A DNA stretch of 64,000 nt, taken from positions 15,645 to 79,644 of the forward strand of contig CAWEWK010000006.1 in the NCBI GenBank assembly GCA_963812755.1, given 5' to 3'. Position numbers and translations under genes: made by a program. The stretch is from an uncultured Gemmatimonadales bacterium (GTDB lineage: Bacteria > Gemmatimonadota > Gemmatimonadetes > Gemmatimonadales > GWC2-71-9). The notes below the pieces were generated by a model. It saw only the letters and a program-made list of their open reading frames with translations. It had not been told where the DNA came from and did no database searches. Positions within the stretch are counted from its first letter, which is position 1; every line of letters begins with the position of its first letter. Positions 19,077 through 28,217 of this stretch are shown here, piece by piece.

Positions 19077-19957
19077 CCTCGATGAATCCGCCGAGCGCGC
19101 AGCGCAAAGGCTCGGCGCAGCGGTAGGGCGTAGGGCACGCCGGTTTCCAACGCCACCTGGTCCGCACTGGCTCCGGCCAGAGCGCGCGCGCGTTCTTCCC
19201 GGCGCCGGGCCGCCAATTCACTCACTCGTGCCCGCACCTCCCGGCTTCCGGTGTCCACCAGGACCCGGCGGCCGGATTCGGCGTCCTGCATCTCGATCCA
19301 GCCGGACTCGGGAAGTTGGTGCTCGCGGGGGTCGTCCACCATGATGGCTACTACCTCATGCCGCGCGGCCAATCGCCGCAGTGGTCGCTCCCATCCCTCG
19401 GCGATGAAATCCGAGAGTACCACGACGATGCTGCGGTGGCGCAGCAGCCGGCTGGCGTAGGAGAGGCTCGCGGCCAGGTTGGTGCGACGGCCCATGGGCT
19501 CGAACGCCACCAGATCGCGGATGACTCGAAGCGCGTGCCGGCGCCCCTTCCGCGGCGGGATCACCCGCTCGACCTCGTCGGCGAAAAGCAGCGCGCCCAC
19601 TCGATCGTTGTGGTAGGCCGCGGCAAGTGCGAGGACCGCCGCCACTTCGACCGCGAGCCCCGCCTTGCTGACCGGTTCCCCGAAGCGGGTCGAGCCCGAC
19701 TGATCGACCACCAGCATCAGGGTCAACTCCCGCTCCTCGGTAAAAGTCTTCACATAGGGACTGGCCAGTCGGGCGGAGACGTTCCAGTCGATGGAGCGAA
19801 AATCGTCGCCGTGCTGGTAGGCCCGCACCTCGGCGAATTCCATCCCCTGCCCCCGGAACACCGAGCGGTACTCGCCGGCGAACAGCGAGCCTACCAGCCC
19901 CCGGGTGCGGAGCTCGATGGCTTTGACTTGCTTGAGGATTTCGGGGGAGACGGACAT
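19073..19957 (-). CDS. DUF58-domain protein (MoxR-associated)
   Basis: VRAYQHGDDFRSIDWNVSARL is the DUF58 signature. Located downstream of the MoxR ATPase. Confidence 0.88.
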   Translation of the reverse strand: MSVSPEILKQVKAIELRTRGLVGSLFAGEYRSVFRGQGMEFAEVRAYQHGDDFRSIDWNVSARLASPYVKTFTEERELTLMLVVDQSGSTRFGEPVSKAGLAVEVAAVLALAAAYHNDRVGALLFADEVERVIPPRKGRRHALRVIRDLVAFEPMGRRTNLAASLSYASRLLRHRSIVVVLSDFIAEGWERPLRRLAARHEVVAIMVDDPREHQLPESGWIEMQDAESGRRVLVDTGSREVRARVSELAARRREERARALAGASADQVALETGVPYALPLRRAFALRARRIHRG

Positions 19958-20008
19958 ACCCGCTGGGGCTGAGTGGCTAGTGCAGGGTGCTGACGTTCAG
20001 CACTCGCA

Positions 20009-20989
20009 TCACGGAATTCTTACCGCAGCCAGGACTCTGGAGACCACATCATCAGTCGTCACATCCTCCGCTTCCGCCTCGAACGTGAGGACGATGCGGT
20101 GGCGGAGAACGTCGGGTGCCAGGGCGCGCACATCTTCGGGGACGACGTAGGCTCTGCCCCGAAGGAACGCGTGGGCCCGAGCCGCCTGGGCCAGAGCGAT
20201 CGAGGCGCGGGGCGAGCCACCGAAGGCGATGAGGGGCCGGAGGTCGGCCAGGCCCACACCACCCGGCTCGCGGGTCGCCCGAACCAGGTCGACGATGTAA
20301 TCCACCACCTTTTGATCCATGTAGATGTCGGCGATCGCCGACCGGGCGGCGAGAATTGCGCCGGGCTCGAGCAGCTTCTCCACCGGGATTTCTCGTCCAC
20401 CGCTCATCCGCAGCAACACTTCCTTCTCTTCGTCGCGGCTGGGATACCCCACTCGCACCTTCAACATGAAGCGGTCGAGCTGCGCTTCCGGAAGCGGGTA
20501 GGTCCCCTCATTCTCGATGGGGTTCTGCGTGGCCAGAACCAGGAACGGCTCTTCCAGCGGAAAGGTGTTCCCGCCGATGGTCACCTGATGCTCCTGCATC
20601 GCCTCCAGCAAGGCCGCCTGAACCTTGGCAGGTGCCCGGTTGATCTCGTCGGCCAGAATGATCTGCGCGAACAGCGGGCCTTTCTTGACCCGGAACTCCT
20701 GGGTCTTCTGATCGAATACCATGGTGCCGATGACGTCGGCAGGGAGCAGATCGGGGGTAAACTGGATCCGAGAGAACGAAGCGTGGATAATCTCGGAGAG
20801 GGTCCGAACCGCGAGCGTCTTGGCCAGGCCGGGCACCCCTTCCAACAGGATATGCCCGCCGGTGAGCAGCCCGACGAGAAGCCGCTCCACCATGGCATCT
20901 TGCCCCACGATCCGGCGCGATACCTCTCTCAGGATCGGCTGTACCGGCAGGGTCTCCGACGGCTTTTCCGTCAGCTTCGGCGCGCTCAC
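20009..20989 (-). CDS. MoxR-family AAA+ ATPase
   Basis: ILLEGVPGLAKTLAVRTLSE (Walker A), LADEINRAPAK (Walker B region). 326 aa, typical of MoxR. Confidence 0.93.
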   Translation of the reverse strand: MSAPKLTEKPSETLPVQPILREVSRRIVGQDAMVERLLVGLLTGGHILLEGVPGLAKTLAVRTLSEIIHASFSRIQFTPDLLPADVIGTMVFDQKTQEFRVKKGPLFAQIILADEINRAPAKVQAALLEAMQEHQVTIGGNTFPLEEPFLVLATQNPIENEGTYPLPEAQLDRFMLKVRVGYPSRDEEKEVLLRMSGGREIPVEKLLEPGAILAARSAIADIYMDQKVVDYIVDLVRATREPGGVGLADLRPLIAFGGSPRASIALAQAARAHAFLRGRAYVVPEDVRALAPDVLRHRIVLTFEAEAEDVTTDDVVSRVLAAVRIP

Positions 20990-21046
20990 GCTGGCTGGCT
21001 CCCAGGGATTGATCGGGGAAAAATAGCAGGACGCGTGCCGTGAGGG

Positions 21047-21088
21047 GCTATCAGCTATCGGCTATCAGTATCGGCTATAACTGATAGC
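21047..21088. repeat. GCTATC(A/G) heptad repeat element, locus B
   Basis: GCTATCA GCTATCG GCTATCA G-TATCG GCTATAA, then CTGATAGC. GCTATCAG (21061..21068) pairs with CTGATAGC (21081..21088). Confidence 0.8.
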
Positions 21089-21114
21089 GTTACGTCACCC
21101 GGCATCGGCCTGTT

Positions 21115-21837
21115 TCACTCCTTCATCTGGATGGCCTTGTACAGCGCCGTCTCCTCCCTCGGGGTCAGGGGGCGGTAGCGGCCGGGTGGGAGATCTCCCA
21201 ACCGCACCGGGCCATAGGACAGCCGTGCCAGCCGGTCCACTCTCAGGCCCAGCGCCTCGCACCATCGCCGGACGATCCGGTTGCGTCCTTCCTCCAGGGT
21301 CAGATCGAGGATGCTGCGCCCTTCGGTGCCGGGGCGAACTCGTACCTGAACCGGCACCACGGGTCGGCCGTCGATGACCACTTTCCGCCGCACTGCCTGA
21401 GTCAGCTCGGCGGTGGGCAAGCCATGCACCAGGGCGGTGTACCGCCGGGGAATGCGATAGCGCGGATGGGTGAGGCGGTGGACCGCTTCACCGTCGGTGG
21501 TGAGGAGCAGAAGCCCGGTGGTCATCACGTCGAGTCGGCCGACGTAGGTGAGACCGGTATGATTGGGGATGAAATCGAAGACGGTGCGTCGGCCGGCTTC
21601 GTCCTCGGCGGTGGTGACCACACCGAGCGGCTTGTGGAAGGCCAGCCAGCGTCGGGAGACCGGCTTCACCGCCCGCCCGGCGACGGTGATGCGCTGGCGT
21701 TCGGGGTCCACCTTCATACCGATGGTGGCGACTTTGCCGTCCACCCGGACGCGACCTGCTTCGATCAACTCCTCGGCGGCTCGACGGGAGGCGACTCCGG
21801 CGCGGGCCAACGCCCGCTGGAGCCGCATCTCGCTCAC
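21115..21837 (-). CDS. rluB: 23S/16S rRNA pseudouridine synthase (RsuA/RluB family)
   Basis: S4 domain (MRLQRALARAGVASRRAAEELIEAGRVRVDG) and catalytic GRLDVMTTGLLLLTTDG. Start is GTG 21837 (GTGA overlap with scpB stop) or ATG 21828. Confidence 0.88.
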   Translation of the reverse strand: MSEMRLQRALARAGVASRRAAEELIEAGRVRVDGKVATIGMKVDPERQRITVAGRAVKPVSRRWLAFHKPLGVVTTAEDEAGRRTVFDFIPNHTGLTYVGRLDVMTTGLLLLTTDGEAVHRLTHPRYRIPRRYTALVHGLPTAELTQAVRRKVVIDGRPVVPVQVRVRPGTEGRSILDLTLEEGRNRIVRRWCEALGLRVDRLARLSYGPVRLGDLPPGRYRPLTPREETALYKAIQMKE

Positions 21838-22418
21838 GATTCGGCCTCGACGTAGGCCGCCGCATCGTCGGCTCCCTCCGCCACCGCACGATGCGGCCGC
21901 AGCGCGATGGTCAACTCTTCCGCTCGAGGCAGATCGGCGAGATCACGCAGGCCGAGCAGCTCGAGGAACGTCGGCGCTGTGCCGTACAACATCGGCCGGC
22001 CCAAGGCCTCGCTTCGGCCCACGACTTCGATGAGCCCCCGCTCCTGGAGCGATCGCAGCACGCCGCCGGCGGACACGCCCCGGATCTCCTCGATCTCGGC
22101 TCGCCCTACCGGTTGCCGGTAAGCGATGACGGCCAGTGTTTCGAGGGCGGCTGCCGTGAGCTTGGGCGTGCGTACCGAGATCTGGGCTCGTTCGATGGCG
22201 GCGGCGTGGATCGCGCGAGTCAGCACCTGGTAGCCGCCCGCCAGCTCGACCAGCTCTACCCCGTGCTGCTCGAAGTCGTAGTGCTCGCGGATCTGCTCCA
22301 GCGCGACCCGGACGTCGGCCAGGGTGGCGTCCTGATCCAGCGTGGCCAGCTCCTCTACCGTGAGCGGGCGGGAGGCGCTGAAGAGCGCCGCCTCAAGCAG
22401 CTGTGCGAGCGGGGTCAC
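21834..22418 (-). CDS. scpB: segregation and condensation protein B
   Basis: LEAALFSASRPLTVEELA and AYRQPVGRAEIEEIRGV are ScpB winged-helix signatures. Confidence 0.9.
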   Translation of the reverse strand: MTPLAQLLEAALFSASRPLTVEELATLDQDATLADVRVALEQIREHYDFEQHGVELVELAGGYQVLTRAIHAAAIERAQISVRTPKLTAAALETLAVIAYRQPVGRAEIEEIRGVSAGGVLRSLQERGLIEVVGRSEALGRPMLYGTAPTFLELLGLRDLADLPRAEELTIALRPHRAVAEGADDAAAYVEAES

Positions 22419-23160
22419 GGGCGATCACCATCGGTGAAAACGGAGCCGGCTGCAGGATCCGAAGCGACCCGCGCTTGGCCAGCTCCAACAGGGCGAGCAG
22501 GGTGGACAGCACATCTACGATGGTCGGATGGTCACCCAACGCCTCCAGCCAACCGATCTCCTCGCGCGCTTCCAGCAGGGACTCGATTCGCAGCGTCGCC
22601 GCTTCGACGTCGAGCGGCCGGGCGACCACGCGGTGGAACACCGGCGTAGGAATCCCGGCGATCACCCGCTCGACCGCCTGCAGCATCTCCACCAGGTCGA
22701 GGGTGAGCGGCGCAGGTGGGAGCTCGGGCGGTGGCGGCAGGTAACCGCGAGCGAATCGTTCCGCCCGGCGCTCGGCGGACCGGCCCATCCACAGGGCAAT
22801 CTCCTTGATCTGTTGATACTCAAGCAGTCGGCGGACCAGCTCGGCCCGCGGATCCTCCCACCCGTCCTCTTCGGAGCCCCGGGGGAGAAGCATCTGCGCT
22901 TTGAGCCGAACCAGCCGGCTCGCCATGTCGAGATAGTCGGCGGCCTGATTCAGGCCGAGATCGTGAATCACGCCGAGGAACTGATCGGCAATCCTGGCGA
23001 TCGGAATCTCGGCGATCTCGATCTGCTCTTCTCGCAGCAGGTGCAGCAGGAGGTCGAGCGGCCCGGAGAAGGCGTCCAGCTGGACCACGAAGCCGGGTCC
23101 CGCCCCCAACGCGACAGTGGGAGCCTCGAAGGGAGGCTCGGTCAGGAGAAGATGTTCCAT
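22393..23160 (-). CDS. scpA: segregation and condensation protein A
   Basis: LDAFSGPLDLLLHLLREEQIEIAEIPIARI is the ScpA kleisin N-terminal motif. ORF 22393..23418 trimmed to ATG 23160. Confidence 0.88.
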   Translation of the reverse strand: MEHLLLTEPPFEAPTVALGAGPGFVVQLDAFSGPLDLLLHLLREEQIEIAEIPIARIADQFLGVIHDLGLNQAADYLDMASRLVRLKAQMLLPRGSEEDGWEDPRAELVRRLLEYQQIKEIALWMGRSAERRAERFARGYLPPPPELPPAPLTLDLVEMLQAVERVIAGIPTPVFHRVVARPLDVEAATLRIESLLEAREEIGWLEALGDHPTIVDVLSTLLALLELAKRGSLRILQPAPFSPMVIARDPARTAA

Positions 23161-23891
23161 CCCTGCCCTACGCTGAAGGGATAGATGAGCCGCAGCAGGA
23201 ACAGCATTCCATACCTGGCGGGGGTGAGCAGAAAATCCATCGCCGGCCGAAAGAGAAACATGAGGGCGAAGAGCGGCAAGTAGCCGAAGCGATTGAGTCC
23301 GCGATACCAGTTCCCGGCGCGGGGCGGCAGCGCATGATACAGGAGATGGGAGCCGTCCAGCGGTGGGATCGGAATCAGGTTGAAGAAACACAGAACCAGA
23401 TTGAGCCAGATACCCCACACCATCATCCGCTGCGCCGTGTCGAGTGCCCCGGCGATTCCAGGAGTGCGGGCGGCGAGCATGCCCAGCAGCACGAAGACCA
23501 CCGACCAGACGATTGCGAGGATGAGGTTGGTGGTCACCCCTGCGGCGGAGACGATGAGGTCACCGCGGACATAGTTGCGAAACTTCCGAGAGTTGACCGG
23601 TACCGGCTTGGCCCCGCCGAAGGTGAACCGACCACCCGAGCCGAACCAGAGGAGCGCGGGAAACAGAATGCTCATCCAGGGATCGATGTGCGGAAGGGGA
23701 TTCAACGTCACCCGCCCAAGGGTGTAGGCGGTATCGTCACCTTGCTGAAGCGCGGTCACCGCGTGAGCGTACTCGTGCGCCACCATGGCGAAGACGAGCA
23801 TCGGCAGCGCGAGAATGAAGTCGCTGATCTGGGATTCCAGGTAGTCCCCTGTCGGTAGGCTGGGCAGAAGGTTAACACCGAGGTGGATCAA
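23142..23891 (-). CDS. site-2 protease family (peptidase M50) membrane metalloprotease
   Basis: HEYAH zinc motif (FAMVAHEYAHAVTAL) and NLIPIPPLDGSHLL (NxxPxxxLDG) in a polytopic membrane protein. Confidence 0.85.
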   Translation of the reverse strand: MIHLGVNLLPSLPTGDYLESQISDFILALPMLVFAMVAHEYAHAVTALQQGDDTAYTLGRVTLNPLPHIDPWMSILFPALLWFGSGGRFTFGGAKPVPVNSRKFRNYVRGDLIVSAAGVTTNLILAIVWSVVFVLLGMLAARTPGIAGALDTAQRMMVWGIWLNLVLCFFNLIPIPPLDGSHLLYHALPPRAGNWYRGLNRFGYLPLFALMFLFRPAMDFLLTPARYGMLFLLRLIYPFSVGQGWNIFS

Positions 23892-23909
23892 GTCAAAGCG
23901 CGTTCCCGC

Positions 23910-23938
23910 TTGACGTTGCGCATGCTGCCGTCTAGCTT
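23910..23938 (+). promoter_or_regulatory. candidate sigma70-type promoter of rpsT
   Basis: TTGACG (23910..23915), 17-nt spacer, TAGCTT (23933..23938). Lies about 60 nt upstream of the rpsT GTG. Confidence 0.4.
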
Positions 23939-23998
23939 TGCCCGCTCATCACCGGGCCTGCTGGCCCGGAGCGAGTTCTCCTTTGAGTAGAGGTTGCC

Positions 23999-24250
23999 GT
24001 GCCCCGCATCAAGTCCGCCGCCAAGCGCATGCGCCAGAGCCGCACCCGCACCACGCAGAACCGTAGCCAGCAGAGCAAGCTGCGCACGGCGCTCAAGAAG
24101 GTGCGCGCCGCGACCGGCGCCCAAGCCGCGGCGGCCTACGCCGAGGCGGTTAAACTGCTCGATCGCGCCGGCCGCAAGAGGCTGATCCATCCCAACGCCG
24201 CCGCGCGCCAGAAGAGCCGGCTGGGGAAGGCGCTGAAAGGCAAGAAGTAG
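23999..24250 (+). CDS. rpsT: 30S ribosomal protein S20
   Basis: PRIKSAAKRMRQSRTRTTQNRSQQSKLRTALKK is the typical S20 N-terminus. GTG start at 23999. Confidence 0.93.
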   Translation: MPRIKSAAKRMRQSRTRTTQNRSQQSKLRTALKKVRAATGAQAAAAYAEAVKLLDRAGRKRLIHPNAAARQKSRLGKALKGKK

Positions 24251-24287
24251 AAAACCAAGGGCCCGGCCGGAGCCGGGCCCTTGGTTT
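24251..24287. terminator. bidirectional rho-independent terminator between convergent genes
   Basis: AAAACCAAGGGCCCGGC-CGGA-GCCGGGCCCTTGGTTTT. A 17-bp perfect stem flanked by an A-run and a T-run. Confidence 0.85.
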
Positions 24288-24343
24288 TACTTTAAGTGGC
24301 ATTACGCAACCGACGTTTGTAGAACAGTTTGTACGCTACTGCG

Positions 24344-25258
24344 CTACACCCCAGCCAGCTCGGCCCCGCACCGCTCACAATACCACTCCGTAGGCCGGTT
24401 CAGGGTTCCGCACTCCCCACATTTGAGGGTCTTGGCAACCCCTGGTGCTCCGCTCTTTCCTCCCGGAGCGCTTTGCGGCGGGGCCGTTTGGGTCTCGACC
24501 GCGCGGGGTGACCCCTGACTCGGCGGACCCATCGACGGGTTACTGACCCGCTTAGAGGACGGCTTGATTTCGTCGTCGGCGACGGACTTGAGGAAGGCCA
24601 GCTCGTCCACCGGCTCGGGCTCACGCTGACGGGGTGGCGGCGCCGGCGGCTTCGGTGCCGGGCGGGCCGAGGCCGCTGCTGAGGGTGGCACTTCGATGAC
24701 CGGCTCCTGCATTGGTGGTGGCGGCGGAGGTGGAGGAGACCGCTCGATCACCTCGGCGCGCGGAGGTGGAGGAGTCGGCGCCGGCGGTGCTTCGGTGCGA
24801 CGGGGAGCTGCCGCGATCAGCGCCTGGACCTCGGCCAACCGGGCGATCTCATTGCCCACTTGTTTGAGCTGGTCCCGCAGGCCCCCCAGACGACCGTGGC
24901 TATCCTGGCTGAACCGCTGCCACTCATCCTCGGTGTACTCCCCGACCGCATACCGGATCTCTGCCTCCGCGAGCTCCTCCTCCACCTGGCGGCGCTCACT
25001 GTCGAGCCGCGACTGGGTGCTCTGGTGTCGCTCCAGCTCCTCGGTGATAGTTGCCGTGTGGCTGCGGAGTTGCTCGATGACTCCGCGCAGCCGGGTTTCA
25101 TAGTCGCCCCGGATCCTCTGCCGCACTGCGGGCGGCGCCTTTTCCGCCGCCGAATCGAGCTTGGCGAGCCACTGCTCGTACTGGCCCCGTTGCTCCAGAA
25201 GCGCTTCGATCGAGGTGCCGGTATCCGGCGTCGATTTGGCCATGGCGTGACTTCCCAT
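24344..25258 (-). CDS. hypothetical coiled-coil / proline-rich protein with C-terminal zinc ribbon
   Basis: N-terminal coiled coil (about 150 aa), PPPPPPPP-rich linker, and C-terminal CGECGTLNRPTEWYCERCG (CxxC-x10-CxxC). Start may be ATG 25243 (MAKSTPD). Confidence 0.65.
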   Translation of the reverse strand: MGSHAMAKSTPDTGTSIEALLEQRGQYEQWLAKLDSAAEKAPPAVRQRIRGDYETRLRGVIEQLRSHTATITEELERHQSTQSRLDSERRQVEEELAEAEIRYAVGEYTEDEWQRFSQDSHGRLGGLRDQLKQVGNEIARLAEVQALIAAAPRRTEAPPAPTPPPPRAEVIERSPPPPPPPPMQEPVIEVPPSAAASARPAPKPPAPPPRQREPEPVDELAFLKSVADDEIKPSSKRVSNPSMGPPSQGSPRAVETQTAPPQSAPGGKSGAPGVAKTLKCGECGTLNRPTEWYCERCGAELAGV

Positions 25259-25387
25259 TGGGGGATGCGCGGACGAATGCGCTGGGTTGTTGCCCAGGTG
25301 ATGGGCCCCGTTACTGCAAATGTAATTCGGTGGGCCGCTTATGGGAGCCAGGCCCGGGGTCGAAATTCGAGGGCCTGGCGGCCGGGC

Positions 25388-26674
25388 TCAGTCCCCCCGC
25401 TGGAACACCACCTGCCCCCGCACGATGGTCGCGATGGCCCGTCCCCGAAGCTCCCGTCCGGCAAACGGCGTATTCCGGCTCTTGGAGAAGAACTCCTCCG
25501 GCCGTACCACCCACCTGGCCTTCGGATCGAACACCACGACATCCGCCGGCGACCCCCGGCTCAACGATCCACCGGGCAGATTGAAGATCTTCGCCGGGGC
25601 CACGCTCATCCGCTCCACCAAGACAGCCAGGGAGAGCAGTCCCGTCTCTACCAGCTCGGTGACGGCGAGTCCCAACGCCGTCTCCAGACCGATGATGCCG
25701 TTGGGAGCGTCGTCGAACTCCCGTTCCTTCGCGTCGTAGTGGTGCGGCGCGTGGTCGGTGCAGATCACGTCGATGGTTCCGTCACGCAGGCCCTGACGGA
25801 TGGCTTCTCGATCCTCCGGCTCCCGGAGCGGCGGATTCATCTTGGCGTTGGTGTCGTAGCCTTCACACGCTTCGTGCGTCAGGCTGAAGTGATGGGGGCA
25901 CGCCTCCGCCGTCACTCTGAGCCCCTTCTCCTTGGCTCGCCGGATCAGCTCCACCGATCCCCGGGTGGACATGTGGCAGAGATGCACCTGGCCGCCGGTC
26001 AGCTCGGCCAGCAGAATGTCGCGCGCCACCATGATCTCTTCCGCGGCCGCGGGGATGCCCTTGAGCCCGAGCCGGGTGGAAACCAATCCCTCGTGCATGG
26101 CCCCGCCGGCCGACAGCGTGGGATCCTCGCAGTGGTCCGCCACCGGGATGCTGAAGGTTCGGGCATACTCCAGGGCAGTGCGCATGAGGTGACTGGAAAC
26201 CACCGGCTTTCCATCGTCGCTCACCGCCACCGCGCCGGCGCCCACCAGCTCCCCGAACTCGGCGAGCTGTTGTCCCTTCTGACCGAGCGAGACCGCGCCG
26301 ATGGGATACACCCGGGCCTTCCCGGCGCGTTGAGCCTGGCTCACGATGAACCCGACCGCGGCCTGGTTGTCGGTGACCGGATCGGTATTAGGCATGGCGC
26401 AGACGGCGGAGAATCCCCCGGCCGCCGCCGCCATCGCCCCGCTGGCGACGGTCTCCAGATCCTCTTGCCCCGGCTCTCGCAGATGCACGTGCAGGTCGAT
26501 CAAGCCAGGTGCCACCACCATGCCTGCGGCCTCGACGATGGTGGCACCCTCCGGCCGGCCGAGGTCCCGTCCCAGCGCCTCGACCTTGCCGTCGGCCAGG
26601 AGCAGGTCGCTTACCTCATCGGCCCCGCGAGACGGATCGAGCACCCGACCGCCCCGGATCAGAATCGGCCGCAC
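25388..26674 (-). CDS. pyrC: dihydroorotase
   Basis: GLIDLHVHLREPGQE, plus the DHAPH and amidohydrolase pattern. ORF 25388..27148 trimmed to GTG 26674 (GGAGG upstream), 2 nt after the pyrB stop. Confidence 0.9.
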   Translation of the reverse strand: MRPILIRGGRVLDPSRGADEVSDLLLADGKVEALGRDLGRPEGATIVEAAGMVVAPGLIDLHVHLREPGQEDLETVASGAMAAAAGGFSAVCAMPNTDPVTDNQAAVGFIVSQAQRAGKARVYPIGAVSLGQKGQQLAEFGELVGAGAVAVSDDGKPVVSSHLMRTALEYARTFSIPVADHCEDPTLSAGGAMHEGLVSTRLGLKGIPAAAEEIMVARDILLAELTGGQVHLCHMSTRGSVELIRRAKEKGLRVTAEACPHHFSLTHEACEGYDTNAKMNPPLREPEDREAIRQGLRDGTIDVICTDHAPHHYDAKEREFDDAPNGIIGLETALGLAVTELVETGLLSLAVLVERMSVAPAKIFNLPGGSLSRGSPADVVVFDPKARWVVRPEEFFSKSRNTPFAGRELRGRAIATIVRGQVVFQRGD

Positions 26675-26676
26675 TG

Positions 26677-27633
26677 CTAGTCCCCTCCCCCGCCGGGATG
26701 GGCCCAGTCGGGCGATCCGCCGGCCAGGAGATAGAGCACCGCCATCCGGACGGCGACGCCGTTGGTCACTTGGGGCAGGATGACGCTGTGAGGACCATCG
26801 GCCACATCGCTGTCGATCTCCACCCCGCGATTCATCGGGCCGGGATGCAGGATCAACAGATCCTTGGGAGCCTTGGAGAGCCGATCGTTGGTCACCCCGA
26901 AGACCCGGTTGTACTCGCGGAGCGAGGGGAGAAATCCAGCCTCCATCCGCTCCAACTGGAGCCGCAGCACGTTGAGTGCATCGGCCCACTGGATCGCGTC
27001 CTCGATGCGGGGGAGAACGGTGACTCCCAGCTCGTGGACGTTTCGGGGCAGGAGCGTGGCCGGGCCGCACACCCCGACCTCTGCGCCGAGCTTGAGCAGT
27101 CCCCAGATGTTGCTCCGAGCCACCCGGCTGTGCAGCACGTCCCCGCAAATCGCGATCTTGAGTCCTTCCAGCCGACCGAACCGGTCGCGCAGCGTCAGCA
27201 TGTCGAGCAGGCCCTGGGTGGGGTGCTCGTGCTTCCCGTCTCCGGCGTTGATGACGTTGGAGCGAATGCGCTGCCCCAGGAACTGTGCCGCCCCCGAAGC
27301 GCCATGGCGGATCACCACCATGTCGATTCGCATGGCCTCCAGGTTGCGGGCGGTATCGACCAGGGTCTCGCCCTTGCTCACCGAGGATCCCGCAGCGGCG
27401 ACGTTGACCGTGTCAGCGCTGAGACGCTTCTCCGCGAACTCGAAGGAAATCCGGGTGCGGGTGGACGCCTCGAAGAAGAGATTGACGATGGTCTTGCCCC
27501 GGAGTGCCGGCACCTTCTTGATCGGCCGCTCACTCACTTCCTTGAAGGGCTCGGCGGTATCGAGGATCAGCCGGATCTGCTCCGCGCTAAGGGGCTCGAG
27601 CCCGACGAGGTCCTTCCCCAGCGTAGGGGTCAT
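26677..27633 (-). CDS. pyrB: aspartate carbamoyltransferase catalytic subunit
   Basis: [20 protein letters not shown] and HPTQGLLD motifs. Confidence 0.95.
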   Translation of the reverse strand: MTPTLGKDLVGLEPLSAEQIRLILDTAEPFKEVSERPIKKVPALRGKTIVNLFFEASTRTRISFEFAEKRLSADTVNVAAAGSSVSKGETLVDTARNLEAMRIDMVVIRHGASGAAQFLGQRIRSNVINAGDGKHEHPTQGLLDMLTLRDRFGRLEGLKIAICGDVLHSRVARSNIWGLLKLGAEVGVCGPATLLPRNVHELGVTVLPRIEDAIQWADALNVLRLQLERMEAGFLPSLREYNRVFGVTNDRLSKAPKDLLILHPGPMNRGVEIDSDVADGPHSVILPQVTNGVAVRMAVLYLLAGGSPDWAHPGGGGD

Positions 27634-28169
27634 GAGTCGCTCCGCACCAACTCGACCGCGTCGCGGCCGTCGAGCTCGGATACCAGCACATCCACCCGCT
27701 CGGAGGAGCCCGCGCGCACCGTGCTACCCACGATGTCGGCCTGGATCGGCAGCTCCCGGCCACCCCGGTCGATCAGTACGCAGAGCAGAATTCGCCGGGG
27801 ACGGCCGAAGTCGGCGCACTCGTCCAGCGCGGCGCGGATGGTTCGGCCGGTATACAGCACATCGTCTACGATGATCACAGTCTTCCCGTCGAGGTCGGGT
27901 AGTCGAGTCTCCCCCACGACTGGTCGGGGACCCACGGTCTGGAGATCGTCGCGATAGAGGGTGATATCGAGCTTGCCGGCGGGGATGGTGGAGCCTTCGG
28001 ATTGGTCGATCAGTCGCTTGAGCCGGTCGGCCAGCTCGACGCCTCGCCGCTGGATGCCGACCAGCACCACACCATCGGTGCCGCCGGACCGCTCGACGAT
28101 TTCAGTAGCCATGCGCGCCAGCGTTCGGGCGACCGCGCGCTCGTCGAGAAGCAGCGTCCTGGAGGGCAT
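27630..28169 (-). CDS. pyrR: bifunctional pyrimidine operon regulator / uracil phosphoribosyltransferase
   Basis: [16 protein letters not shown] and the PRPP-binding motif [18 protein letters not shown]. Heads the pyrR-pyrB-pyrC array. Confidence 0.9.
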   Translation of the reverse strand: MPSRTLLLDERAVARTLARMATEIVERSGGTDGVVLVGIQRRGVELADRLKRLIDQSEGSTIPAGKLDITLYRDDLQTVGPRPVVGETRLPDLDGKTVIIVDDVLYTGRTIRAALDECADFGRPRRILLCVLIDRGGRELPIQADIVGSTVRAGSSERVDVLVSELDGRDAVELVRSDS

Positions 28170-28217
28170 CGGGCCGGGAAGCTACTTGGAAGTGCGGAAA
28201 GACGGAAGGACGCCGCG

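Noticed and set aside
24860-26680. 606-aa plus-strand ORF antisense to pyrC and the zinc-ribbon gene. Similar long antisense ORFs occur at 11661..13475, 36524..38728, 5890..7101, 9570..10784 and 43723..45423.
   Set aside because: All lie opposite genes with strong homology, have Arg/Gly/Pro/His-rich compositions typical of antisense frames in high-GC DNA, and carry no motifs. They are treated as non-coding.
28170-28217. Possible PyrR-binding RNA loop or attenuator upstream of pyrR
   Set aside because: The 48-nt gap contains no recognisable PyrR binding-loop consensus or terminator/antiterminator pair. It is too short for a Bacillus-type attenuator.
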